Assembly: GCA_021613535.1 (NCBI GenBank)
Contig: CP075493.1
Span: forward strand, 10,540,001-10,604,000
DNA length: 64,000 nt
Origin: Adineta vaga
Taxonomy: Eukaryota; Animalia; Rotifera
Reading direction: 5' to 3'
The position numbers and the translations under genes are program-made. The notes under the pieces are model-generated. The model was not told the origin of the DNA, ran no database searches, and saw only the letters and a program-made list of their open reading frames with translations. Shown piece by piece: positions 1 to 13,300 of the stretch; position 1 is the stretch's first letter, and each line of letters opens with the position of its first letter.

Positions 1-97
1 AATATGAGATCTTGTTCAATAAATTTTTTATATTCATTTGATGTTGTCGAACCAATACAAGAAAGTTCATTTTGATCTTGAAATAAATATCTTTATT

Positions 98-873
98 CCC
101 AGGTCAAACAATCCGGCTCGGAACCGACAGGTTCCAGCACCTTCCGATGATTTCATGGAAGCAGTGTTCCAGATCGGAATTCATCGGACAAAATCCCTTC
201 GTTTCTGGTCCTACCCTCACAGAAAACATCGTAACAATGCGGAAAAAACCTAGAATTTCCGCCCGTGGCCAAGAAATAGGAAACCAAAAGGAAACTAGCA
301 GATCCCAAACACATTTTCAACTACTCTAATCGTTTTCATAGAGGTTTTCAAGAAGATTGATAATCCTCTTTTTAATCCTCTCAAAAATCTTACCATAAAT
401 GTTTAGGATTGGTAAGTTTCACAGGATTTAGTGGGAAGTTTTCGGCGCCGTCCGGTTCTGTACGCAAATGACGGGTTGAAATAGGATCAGTTTGTTCGGT
501 TGTTATCGGCTCCAGCTTTAGGAAGTGCTCGGAATGGTTTGAATTTAGGTGGATTAATTTGGAAATTACGGGAAATGTTCGTTTTTCTTACGGTTCCTTT
601 GAGATACGGCAAACGGTAAAGTGGTTCGTCGGTTTTGTGTTTTCAGTTATTGATGGTTATGTTGGGATCGGTCGGGAAATGGGTGATAGGATTTGTGCGT
701 GTTTAATGGGATCCCTGTCCGGAGTTTTCCGGTCTGAAATACTGCTTCCAGCTTCGTATGGTTTTCGTTGAGGTTCCGTCGGGATCTGACTGGAACAGGT
801 TGGAATGCTCCGGAAGGGGCATACTTTCCTTCCGATTCCTTTCGAATCCGGAGGCCGGAACGTCCGTCCTGGG
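98..873. mobile_element. Non-autonomous DNA transposon (MITE-like; CACTA/EnSpm-type termini, piggyBac less likely)
   Basis: Ends CCCAGG (98) and CCTGGG (873), flanked by TT on both sides (2-bp TSD); the right flank also reads TTAA. Subterminal inverted repeat ggaagcagtgttccagatcggaa (157-179) vs ttccggtctgaaatactgcttcc (727-749), 20/23 match. Higher GC than the flanks; no transposase ORF. Confidence 0.75.
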
Positions 874-3194
874 TTAAATTACTAAATCAAATATATGTAC
901 CTAACATTGATCTAAATAAATTTATTGCATTTATTAGATCTAGAAATAAAAAACAAATCAAATATTTATTTTCAAATCTTTCAAATTTAGTTTCACCTTT
1001 ATTATTAAGAATTAAATGTACATTTTCCATATATAAAATAATATCATCATTTGCAATTTTAATTTTATTCTTTTTTTTTATTGGCATGAAAAATCCCCTT
1101 GACCATGACGGTCCTATAGGGACAATGAGCTTTAGCTACGTATTGGTATTTGTAGAGATAAAATATTTAGATACCAGATAACAAAAAAAGATTTGAAAAA
1201 GGAATAAACTTGAAAAAAAAGATGAGAAAGCGACCAAAGATGAAGCTGTAGCAAAGTAGAAGCAGAACAAAAATTTGCCAAGTGAAAGATTCTAATTGCT
1301 TGAAGAGCAACAAGAAAAAACAATATATATGTATTTATACTCATCTGCTATTCCGTATATTATATAAGAACAAAGGATAGAAGAGAAAAAATGCGGTATC
1401 AAACCCATTCCAAGAGAAAACCACGTTGAGTACATGCAAGAGATATTTTTCTGTGTATGACTTTGTTTCGATTACCATTCTATACTACGTTTTTTTGCTA
1501 ATACATTTCGTTCTCCTTGCTTCTATCCCGTTCCAATTGCAACATAGCCAGTATATCATTTAGTTTCTCATTTTGCATAACAATTTACTGTTCCATTTCA
1601 TGTTTTAATTTAATAACAGATATGTTATTAATTTTTTTTATTCTTTTCGAATTAATATTCATCTATAATGTATGAAAGTAATCTTACTGTTTAAATTATT
1701 CATATTTAATGAAATTAACCGTTTAGGTAATACGGTTGAAACATCTTTATGAAGAAGACTAATTATTTATTAAAATGAAAATTCAAAAAATATTCTTACT
1801 TGGTGATCAATTAAAATACAATGATTTTTTTGCTAATATTTCACCACATTCTTCAACTTCTTGATCATGACCGAGAACTAAAATAGTGAAATAAATATAT
1901 TGATTCTTTTTAATAATAATTTTTGTACTATGATTAAAATCTTCATATGTATTTCCTTTAATAACATATAAAGATAAATTCACTGAAAATGTAAAATATT
2001 TACGATAGATTTTTAATTATTCGTGCAACTATTGATCATATTTAATAGTTTATGACTATATGAAACATAACATAAGAACTTCTACAATTTAAAAAATTTA
2101 TTCGACGATAAAAAATCTGATATAAACTTTATCTATACAATACCGACATCTATAACTGCTTTAGAAATAGTTTTTACGCATATGATCTATATCAAGGAGA
2201 TCCTTCTCCTAATTATTCGTCACTTTCGTACACAACTATTTTATTAAAACCATTGTATTATATTTCGAAAAAATCTCTTCAATGTTTATTTAACATAGCA
2301 TTTAGCTTTTCATTGTTGAATCATTTAGTTAACAATAATAATCTTTCAGCTCTTCCATTAAACATACAATTACTTCACTAACACATATCGAATTTTGCTA
2401 TACATTTGTTCCGAAAAAAAGATTTTATGATAAAAGTGAAAAGAATTCTGATGGCTATTTTGAACAACATGTTTTTACTATATGAGAAGGGAATTATTTT
2501 ATGCTTTGTCATTAAGGACCATATGTTCGAATATTTAGATAAGAGTTTTTGCTATTCCATCAATTCTTATGTATCTGATTGAGTTATCGATGGATAAATA
2601 GTTGTATAGGTCTTCGCATCTCTTTATTTCTGTACTTCAAGTTAGCAGTATCCGTGAAATCATTTGATTCTCTGCCATCCTTATTTATATATTCAACCGA
2701 ATCATCTTAGCTCAATTCACCCATCTATTCAATTACTTAAACTGTATTGGCTATTATCTGGGACACTTCACTGAAATATTGTTTCGAATCACTCTGTTCG
2801 TGATAAGAATTATTATATTGCCATATCTGTTTTATATCGACTATCATTTTTAATAAAAAAAACTGAAATTGCCAAAAGTTCCTTTCTTTTTGTAAGAAGC
2901 GTTACAAAACTAATCACGTTAATTAACGCCCTCTATATAAATCATTATTCGTTTTATCTCTTTCGAATGAGAACGAATAGCAAAAGGATTTTGTGTAATT
3001 GAATCTTCTTAAGGTGCAAATATCCCCAAAGTGAATAAATCGATTATTGAATGGGAAAAGAAATTACTCTAAGATAATGACTCATCAAATTTGGTTTCAT
3101 ATTCTATAATTGTCTTTTTTCTTTTCTTTTTTTTAGTAACTTCGAATGAAATATCATTGATTCTAGATATTACTGCACTATTTAGAAATTTATA

Positions 3195-6100
3195 ATGGAA
3201 ATTAATGATCAAAATCTTGAAGCACTTGCAACTTACTTACGTAAAACTTTATCACCTAATGGTGATGAACGAGCTGAAGGTAAACGAAATCAATATTTCT
3301 TTTCTATTCAAATAAAATCTTTCATTTAGCTGAAAGAACTTTAAAACAAATTGAACGAAATGAAAATTATTCATCACTTCTTCTTGCACTTTGTGAAAGT
3401 TCAACTGTTCCCGATGAAATTCGTCGAGCATCTGTTATTACATTTAAAAATTTCATCAAACGTAATTGGCCATCACTTGATGCATCATCTTCAACAACAA
3501 ATCCCATTTCAATTCGTGATCGTAATCATATTAAAGAACATATTATTGAATTAATGACTCGATCACCTGAACATATTCAACAACAATTATCCGATGCGAT
3601 TACAGTTATTGGTCAATGTGATTTTCCTGATCAATGGCCAACATTACTTGATACAATGGTTCGATTATTTCAACAACCATCTACACAAAACTCTTTTCAA
3701 GCAATCAATGGAGTTTTAAAAACAGCTCATTCACTTTTTGAACGATATAGATACGAACAAAGATCCGATGAATTATGGTTAGAAATTAAATTAGTTCTCG
3801 AAAAATTTGCACCAGCTTTCACTGAATTATTCAAAGTAGAGATAAAAGATATTATTAATGAAACTTTCAATCATTTTATTTTTAGTCATTAATGGCCTAT
3901 TATCCACAAAGAGAGTCAGATGTAATAGAAATGAAGAATATTTTTGATTCGTTATATGTATCAATAAAGATCTTCTATGATCTAAATGCTCAAGTAAATC
4001 GACGTTTTCATTTTTTTAATACTTTAACAAACAAATTCTTTTCTTCATCTTTCAGGAATTACCAGAGCATTTTGAAGATAATGTTACAGTCTATATGACT
4101 CATTTCATGACATTACTCTCATATGATCATCCAAAACTTCATTCTGATGTATAGAACACACATTTTAATCTGATTATCTTCGAAAAAATTTGACTTTTCT
4201 TTTTTCATTTTCTAGAGACATGATCCCGGTGTATTAGATCAAGTTAAAACAGAAATATGTCGAGCGGTTGCACTCTATGCTGATAATTATAGTGATGAAT
4301 TCAAACCATTTGCACAACCATTTGCCTTAGCTATCTGGTCCTTATTAACACGATTGAATCTTTCACCAGCTTTTGATGATGTAAAATTTTAGTCAAAGAT
4401 TTTCTCATTGAAACTTTCTATGGTTGTTTAGCTCGTCGGAACGGCAATGAAATTTTTATCAACATTAGCTGCTCGAAGTCATCATTGTAGTATGTTTGAA
4501 GGTGGAGAAACATTGAAAATCGTTTGTGAACAAGTAATTCTACCAAATTTGTTTCTTCGAGGTAAGAATAATTGTTGTAAAAAAACAATGTCATCATAAG
4601 TGTTTTTTGTTGTAGAAACGGATGTAGAAGAATTTGAGGATAATCCTGAAGAATATATTCGAAAAGATATCGAAAAATCTGGTAAGAATCAAGACCAAAT
4701 GAATTATATTATGAATGGTTACAGATGATTTAAACAGAATGACCAAATAGTTAAAGAGGATATTGGTTATGAAGGAATGCTTATACAAATCTGTTGATAT
4801 TCTTAGATTCGGCAACACGACGTCGAGCTGCTTGTGATTTTCTACAAGCACTTTGCATCTTTTTCGAATCGCAAGTTGTTGCTATCTATAGTCAATATAT
4901 TGAAGCCATGCAAAAAGTTAGTTGTTTATTCGAACTTTTCATTCAATATCGAAATTTTACTCGTGTAGGAATATTTACAAAATCCAACACAGAATTGGTC
5001 GAAAAAAGATGCATGCATATTTCTTGTCTTAGCACTTGCTTCAAAAGGTGAAACACAAAAGGTATGTGTAGAGAATTACTTTCCATCTTACATTCGTTTT
5101 TCTTTGCAGTTTGGTATTACAAAAACAAGTTCATTCATTAGTATTCCGGCTTTTTATTCTAATAGTATATTAACAGAACTTCAAAATTCTGATGGTACGA
5201 TCTCTTTGCTTTTTTTTATTGTTCTATTGTTTTTTTCTTTTCTAGTGAATAGTCTTCATTTGATAAAAGCAGATTGTTTGAAATTTTTAACTCATGTTCG
5301 AAATCAACTTGATCGTGATGCCTTAGTGAAATCTTTGCCTGAATGTGCTCGATATCTATCTTCAACAAATACTGTTGTTCATACATATGCAGCACATGCA
5401 ATCGAACGTTTATTACTTGTTCGACATCCTGCTGATCCAAAACATACATCGTATGTAATCCAATTGATTTTATTTTAATCTCATGAATCTATTCTCTCGT
5501 AGAATAACAAAGAATGATTTGATTTCACATGCTCAATCCATGTATGATAATTTATTTCGAATATTAACAGCAGAAAAATCCTACGAAAATGAATATGTCA
5601 TGCGAGCAGTAATGAGATTATCATCATCACTTCATGATGGAGTTTTACCATATTTAAATCAATTAATGGAAAAATTAGTACTGATTTTACGACGATCAAG
5701 TCGAGTAAGATTTTTTTGTTTTGATATTCTTTAGATTTTCGTTTATAAATCGTTTGAATATGATTTTAGAATCCTAATAAACCAAATTTCAATCATTACA
5801 TGTTCGAAACAATAAGTGTATTAATTCGTACCAGTGTTACGCAAAATACCGGTGTACTTAGTCAATTTGAACAGGTTCTTTTTCCAGTATTTACACCCAT
5901 ATTTACCGATGATGTTGCTGGTAAAATCGATAAATTGTTTTTTCTTCTTGCGAATCTTTACTCCAATTGATTCTATATTCTAGAATTTGTTCCATATGTC
6001 TTACAAATTCTTGGATTTCTTCTCGAATCACATCGAGTAGATGTAATGCCATTACCCGATGCATATCGAATATTATTTCAGTCAATTCTTACACCAACAT

Positions 6101-7244
6101 TTTGGGATCGTAGTGGAAATATTCCTGCATTATCAAGACTTCTACAAGCTTATATTGAAAAAGCTGGTGAAACAATTGTCTTAGAAAAACTAGTAAGTCA
6201 ATTTTCAAGAACGAACACTATCCAAATTCAATTTTTTATATCTAGACAACTGTCCTCGGTATATTTCAACGTCTTGTATCACAATCGAAAGTTCATGATC
6301 ATGAAGGATTTGCTATTTTAAATGCATTAATAATTCATTTACCTCGAATACACCTTGATAATTATTTAAAAGAAATTTTCATTGTTATATTTACACGTTT
6401 AACAAAAGCTAAAACACAAAAATTAATTAAATCTATTATTGTTTTCTTTTGTTATTTTGCGGTAAAATATGGTGCACAAGAACTCATTACACACATTGAT
6501 AATATTCAACCAAAGTAAAGAAACACTTCGTTAAAAGATTTCCTTATCTTTTCTTTCAGTATGTTTCAAATGGTAGTTGAACGTTTATTTCTTCCTGAAT
6601 TATCCAAAATTGAAGAAAGTAACAAGAAACTGTGTGCAATTGGTGTTACACATATTCTATGTGATCCAATTCCAATGACAACAGGAGCTTATTTTGGTCA
6701 TTTATGGTTACCTCTATTGCAAGCTTTACTTCAATTATTTGAATCAAGTAATGAATTACAAACAATGTCAGCTGCGGAGAAAAAAAAACAATTGCAGGAA
6801 GAAGCTGAAGAAGAACTACTCGTCGGATTGGATGATACACCTGGTAAGGATATTTGTCATACCTATGTAAACAAGTCAGAGAGCGAAAAAAAGAAAGACG
6901 AATATAAAATCATTTCGTCATTGTTTACGCCTACGTATTATTATTTATATACCCATATGATTTTAGACTATACACCGGCTTTTTCGTGTTTGGCTTTTGC
7001 AAAAAAGCCTCATACGGACATATTCGGTTCGGGTATACCAGATACTCGATGTCATCTAGCAAAATGTTTACAAACATTAACAGCTGCTCATCCAAATCAA
7101 GTATGTTGATTAGTTTAATGATTCTTTTTCAAATCATTAATTGATATTTTTTAGTTTACGAGCTTAATGACAAATGGATTATCTACTGAACATTTATCCC
7201 ATATACAAAAATATTGTTCTTTGGCTGATGTTACACTAACATAA
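3195..7244 (+). CDS. CSE1L: Exportin-2 / CSE1L (importin-alpha re-exporter), multi-exon
   Basis: MEINDQNLEALATYLRKTLSP..., IBN_N motif ITFKNFIKRNW, QQQLSDAITVIGQCDFPDQWPTL, ELWLEIKLVL, EFEDNPEEYIRKDIE, TRRRAACDFL, VVHTYAAHAIERLL, ENEYVMRAVMR, NPNKPNFNHYMFE, GNIPALSRLLQAYI. Many short GT-AG introns; stop TAA 7242-7244. Confidence 0.96.
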
Positions 7245-7387
7245 TTATAAATCAGATACTTTATTTTCTTCTTCTTCTTCTTTTTCTGTGACAGAATTCA
7301 TATTCTTTAATGCAAAAAAAACAACAAACAAGACAACTCTATACGAATAAAATATCGGGATTTTTTTCTCTTTTTGAAGATGAAATA

Positions 7388-8280
7388 ATGGCTAATTGTG
7401 CTACAGAACAGTTAAATACAGATACATTAAATCGGTCGGAATCGAATGTATCTTTACAATCGAATACGACTGTAACTTCTCGGCGATCGTCGATCACAAC
7501 ATTGTATAGTATGAAAAGTAATCGACGTCGACAAGGAATATTTGTTAGATTAGGAATGGGTATTCACACGATGGTTCGACGATTTACACGAGCAAATAAA
7601 TCACTCTCGGAAATGGATATTCAAATTTTAACAACAATAACAAATTTTACTCGCGATGATATTTTTCAATGGTAAAATCAAAACAAAAACATTCTTCGTT
7701 TTTTTATTTATTTTCTTTCTCAAGGCATGGTAAATTTCTATCGGATTGTCCACATGGTTATATGACAAGAAGACAATTTATATCTATGTATAAAAGTTTA
7801 TGTCCACAAGCGGATGCGGAACGTTTTGCTCGTCATATATTTCGTGCATTTGATTTAGACAGATCTGGTACAGTTGATTTTCGAGAATTTTTAATTGGCT
7901 TATCAATAACATCAACAACAAGTGCACCAGAAACAAAACTTGAATGGATTTTTCAAGTATTTGATATTGATGGCAATGGTTTATTAACACGTGAAGAATG
8001 TTTAGAAGTCATCGATACAATTGTACGGTTTACTTATTGTCAACAAATCAATGGAGAAGAGATTAATATGGACGAATTAGTGAGATCAGCAAAACGAAGT
8101 ATGATGAGAATATTTGATAATATCTCAAATAATCGTCGTGATTCTTTAACAATGTTACAATTTGTTGAAGGTTGTCAGAAAGATACTTTTATCTCAGAAT
8201 TATTTGCAACAAACTATTCAAGTAATCGTGACACATCAAATCTCGGGAATACACATACGATTTCGAAAATTGATGAATAA
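7388..8280 (+). CDS. Neuronal calcium sensor family EF-hand protein (NCS/KChIP/recoverin-like) with N-terminal extension
   Basis: Exons 7388-7671 and 7725-8280. WHGKFLSDCPHG (CPxG), FRAFDLDRSGTVDFREF, KLEWIFQVFDIDGNGLLTREE; EF4 degenerate; no MG myristoylation start. Confidence 0.9.
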
Positions 8281-8942
8281 TATACGTTTCATTTATTCCA
8301 TAGTGCTTTCATTTTGATCTGTATATTATAGTTCAGATGATCTACCGTTTCTTTTTTTTGTTATTTTGAAAAATAAAAAACGCAGAACATGTACATTCAA
8401 GTTTTTTGTTAATGCTACATATTTGAAATAAAATAATCGACTAATTCATTCGTAGAGGTCACTATCCTCTCAATATTGTGAAATCATACGATAAAAAAGA
8501 ATCAGTTATTTATTGGACAAGTCAATACTCTCAGTAGAGTTGTGAGAATATTTATGATGTTGACAACCTTGAGAATTTTCTTTCCTCTCATATTAACGAT
8601 TCGCTAGGTAGGTAGTCGGAAGTATATGAAAAAATATATTTCAATTTTGTTGTTGTTGCTTCTAAATTAAGAATCGATTCCATATAAAAACAGAGGCGTA
8701 AGAGAACAAAAATAAACTTTATATGACTGTACGTCTCACATGACAATGCATTTCCAAGAACGTAGTGTGGTTTGTTATTATAAATTCAACTAAAAATCTT
8801 CACAGTAAATATAACTTATTCTCACGTAGATTTGATTATTGTTTTGTTAATATAACACATTCATAGGCATAGAAAAAAGAGCATTTTACGATTTGATAAG
8901 ATAAAAAAAGGAATGTATTTTGCTATGAACTGACAAATTATC

Positions 8943-11900
8943 ATGTTAAAAAATACGATAGATCAAATCTTTGATGATAATACAAATTATGTACATGCTC
9001 AACAAGTACTCAATCAAGCAAATTCATTGAAAGCATTATCAAGTGATTTATATACTGATCCATTACGATTCGTCTATGAACTTGTACAAAATTGTGATGA
9101 TTCTTGTCAATCAACATCGATACTTCGTATTGCAATTGTCGAACATCGATATTTAATTATTTGTCATAATGGAAAAGCATTCGATGAAGATGATATTCGT
9201 AGTTTATGTGATGTTGGTTGTAGTACGAAGAGACGTGATGAACAAAAAACAGGTTATAAAGGTTTAGGATTCAAAGCGGTTATTGGACAATCGGATTATG
9301 TATTAATCGTATCTAATGGGGAATTTTTTCGATTTGATGCGAAATCAAATGTATTTAAAACAAAATGGAATCGAAAATGGGGTCCAAGTCAAGTTGATTG
9401 GGAAGAACAATATAATAAAAAATTTGAATTTCCTTGGCAAATTTGTCCAATTTGGACAGAGAAACATGAAGTACCGAAATCAATTCGAGATTGGTTATTA
9501 GGACAAATTGATGCTGTTGGAACTATTGTTCGTTTACAAAGTTAAATTGAAGCAATGAATGCAATTAAAGAATTAACAGATCAACCACATGTTTTTATGT
9601 TTCTTCGAAATATTAGAACAATTCGTTTTTCATTCAATTCTCCAAATGAAACAATTCTAGCTATTAATCAATTACACGATGGATCTATACGAATTATTTA
9701 TGACTGGAAACCTATGTCTCATTGGTTATTACGTCGATGCAATAACTCGTTTCCAAGAATGCTCGCGATGATTCTCGTTTACCAGAAAAACTTCGAACTG
9801 TAGAAACAATAGAAGTTATTCTCGCAGTTAAAATCGATAAAAATGATAATATTGAAAGTCTACAAGGACGTCACAATCCATTATTTGCCTATCTTCCAAC
9901 AAGAATAACTACATATAATCTACCAATAGCAGTCAATGCTCAATTCTTTATTAATGCTAGTCGTGAACATATTCATACAGATTCATCATGGAATCAATTT
10001 ATATTCTCTCGTATTCCACATGAAACTATTAATTGGATTGGTAAACTTTCGAAACAGGATAAATGGAAAGAGAAGGCTCTTGATCTTTTACCTCGACCAA
10101 TCTCAGGTCAAGATGCACTCTCAAAACAATACAATGAAAGTTGTTCAACAGCAGAATTCGATTCACCTTTTCTATCCAATGAATATAAACAACTCTTGAG
10201 AATTAATGAAGCAGTGATTCATGTGACAGGTTTTTCAAGAATAGATTGTCTTGGAGATAGTTTAATGCGAGATCATATTTTTCTTACATTTACTCCGACA
10301 ACACGTATTGCAGAACATCCTTTTATTGCTAATAATAAACGATTACGTCGATATAAAATTCTCATCTTTGAATGGAATCATTGTTTGGATATGTTGAATT
10401 CGACTGAATTTCTTATGAAATTCACACCAGAACAAGATATTCGATTTATTATCTATCTATTCAATCATCAAAATCTAACACAAATTCAAACTCGTCTACA
10501 TCAATTACCATTTCTTATGGATCATACAGGATTATTACGAACGACAAATCATATTTATATACCATCACATTTTAATAATAATGATTGGTTAACTACGAAT
10601 GATGCGGATCCCTATCTACACGAAAATATTATGCTCTGGTTAACAACTCAACTTCCAATTCTTAACTGGCTTAAATCTCTTGGTGTAACAGAGAAAACCG
10701 ATGAAATGTTCATACGTCGTAAGATTCTACCAAATGTACGTAGTTATGCAACACGACACATTACGATACCTACGATTCGAAAACTATTCGATAATTTCCA
10801 ACGTGGTTTCCTACCTAATGATGTTTTATCTAAATTGAATAAATTGAAACTATTATCCATGGATAACACATTAGTTTCCGCTGATGAATTATATTTTTCT
10901 GATCCATATCTTCCTCGTCTGTCGTTAAGTCATTTTCATTTAGATAATAGCAAATTTCTTTCTGAAACATATTTAAATGAAATACAAGGTACAAAAAATT
11001 TGCTAAAGCAATTCTTTCTTTCATTCGGTGTTCAAGAAGATATTAAATGGATTCAATTCAATGAAGAACAACATAACGAATTGATTGCTGCTTATCGATT
11101 TCGACAAACAGAAAATCGCTTTCAATATGGTTTGTTACGATTTCAACATTGTCGAACTTTTCCATTTCTTGAAGTAACACGAATCAATTATGAATTCGCA
11201 CTTCTCTTCTGGCATCACATCATACATTCTATAAACGTTCATGAAATGAACGAAAACGAACTTCTTGGCTCTGATCAACAACATGTTTTTCGCGTTGATA
11301 ATTTACCCTATTGGTTCGTTCGATCGCATACATGTATTCCAACAACAACTAGACAATTATTAAAAAGTACGGATGTTTTCTCAAGTAATTTACGGTCAAT
11401 TGCTGGTGATTTCTTGCCTGTCTTTGCTTGTCAAACGACAGTTCCACTATCTGCTCCATGGCAACATTTCTTTCAATTTAAAACACAATTTTCCATTCAA
11501 GATCATATTCAATTATTGAATTCAATCTATGATCGTTCAAAACAATCTCCACTAAATGATGATACTGAAACATGTATTCAACGTATTTATACTAGTCTAA
11601 TTAATTGTCTTTCAAATATGGATAGAAGAAATTTGGATCAATATCGTCCTAAAGCACCATTCTATTTGCTTAGTACACTAAATAATAAATTTCGTCTATG
11701 TACAAATCTAGTCGTCTCTATAACAAAAGATTTTCATTTACCGAACGAAATTCCTCAATTAAAATTAAGTACGGGCAATTCTTGTGATGCTCATCTAACA
11801 TATTTACTCGATTTTTTTCATATTAAATCAATTGGAATCAATGATTTAGCATTACCAGCAAATATCATTGCTAAGCAATCACTTTCCTTACGTGCAAAAT

Positions 11901-13300
11901 TACGTGATATACAAGCTTCTCTCTATGATTTAGCTCAAGCTCATAATATTACTAAACATCGCATTGATTGTGATTTAGAAGTTTATGAAGTCGATCGTTT
12001 AGAATTATACTATAATGAAACTATTCCTGTTTTACAAAAAGATATTCATATCGTTGACAATCGAATTTATATAATAAAGCCATGGACATCCGAAAGAGTC
12101 ATTTCGAAATTATCTCAAATTCTTTGTCAAGAATTCAAATTACCAATGAATATCGAACCAAATATTCGTCAACTATTATTACATAATGAACAAAATACTC
12201 CTTCGACGATGCTTCTTTCGTTTGATCCTGCAATAGATTTATTTCGTATGGAAGAAACAAGGAAAAAGTTTGCGACGATTATCGATCGTGATAATGAACA
12301 ATTGTTTAGTCAATTGAAAATCACTGATGAAATAATTCCGGCCGAACTTCTTACCCTTGCACTTGATGCTCAAAGTTCTCCACATTGTGGATTTGTCTAC
12401 CATTATACACATTTAGAAAATGCTGTTTCAATTCTTCGTGAGAAATGTTTCAAATGTCAGAATAATTTACTATCAAATGAATTTAAAGATTCGACTGATA
12501 CACATATCATTCAATCAACACATTCTGAAGTGAAAGATTATGTTCGGTTTTATTTTCGTCCATTAACATTAGCACAATATTGTGATGAAAATCTTGGCCT
12601 ATCAAATCTTACACAACGATATGGTAATCAATCAATGTGTCCTGTTCCTGTTATCTTTCGTATTGATTTAGAAGCTCTACTTGCCATTGATAATGTAGAA
12701 TGGAAAATTAGTTTAGGAAACATGGATAATCATCAAACTGAATTTGATAATACGATAGATATCGTACGAAGATTTGATTTTCAAGGTGTCTATGCAGATA
12801 TACGTACTGAACGTGGTCGATACAGTTCACAACAAGAATTTCTCATTAAATCACAATTAAATTTAGATCAATTACAACTTGGAGCAATGACACTTATTTT
12901 TCAAGATCAAAATGCATTTGATAGTTTAGAATGTATGATTTCACATAATTATCGTTCGATCATTGATACGGCCTACTATTATGGTATGAATCCTCGAGTT
13001 ATGATTCATTTTACTGATACTGATAATGAAGTATCTATTTGTATAGAAAATTTAATTTCATCGGAAAGAAATGAGCAATTAATCCTTCAGTTCTCAGGTG
13101 GTCATACACATCGAACTGTACAAGGTAATTTGAAGGCATCATTTCAACGTGGTACTATATCAACTTTTTATTCACCTCAACAACTTTCTTTTATTGCTAA
13201 TTTGGAACATGTAAAATATGCTATTTATTATGAATATGAAACTCGTAAGTGGCTTATTCATACGAATTCATCAACATCACGGTTCATTTCACCTACATGA
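8943..13300 (+). pseudogene. Intronless Sacsin/NO VEIN-like GHKL ATPase + helical repeats + C-terminal DarT (DUF4433) DNA ADP-ribosyltransferase fusion; disrupted by an in-frame stop (9543-9545) and a frameshift (~9741-9748)
   Basis: GHKL boxes RFVYELVQNCDDS, HNGKAFDEDDIRSLCDVGCSTK, TGYKGLGFKAV; then FMFLRNIRTI; after the shift, LFAYLPT...VNAQFFINASREHIHTDSSWNQ. The frame is open from 9746 to 13300. DarT motifs at ~12390-12985: VYHYTHLENAVSIL, DYVRFYFRP, SLGNM, FDFQGV, QQEFLI, IDTAYYY. Confidence 0.8.

Noticed and set aside
38-1181. Short ORFs at the window start
   Set aside because: They lie in or run out of the GC-richer transposon relic and show no protein motifs.
880-2850. Possible decayed minus-strand gene (hydrophobic fragments near 1130-1450)
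   Set aside because: Stops in all frames and no recognisable motif; I cannot support a call.
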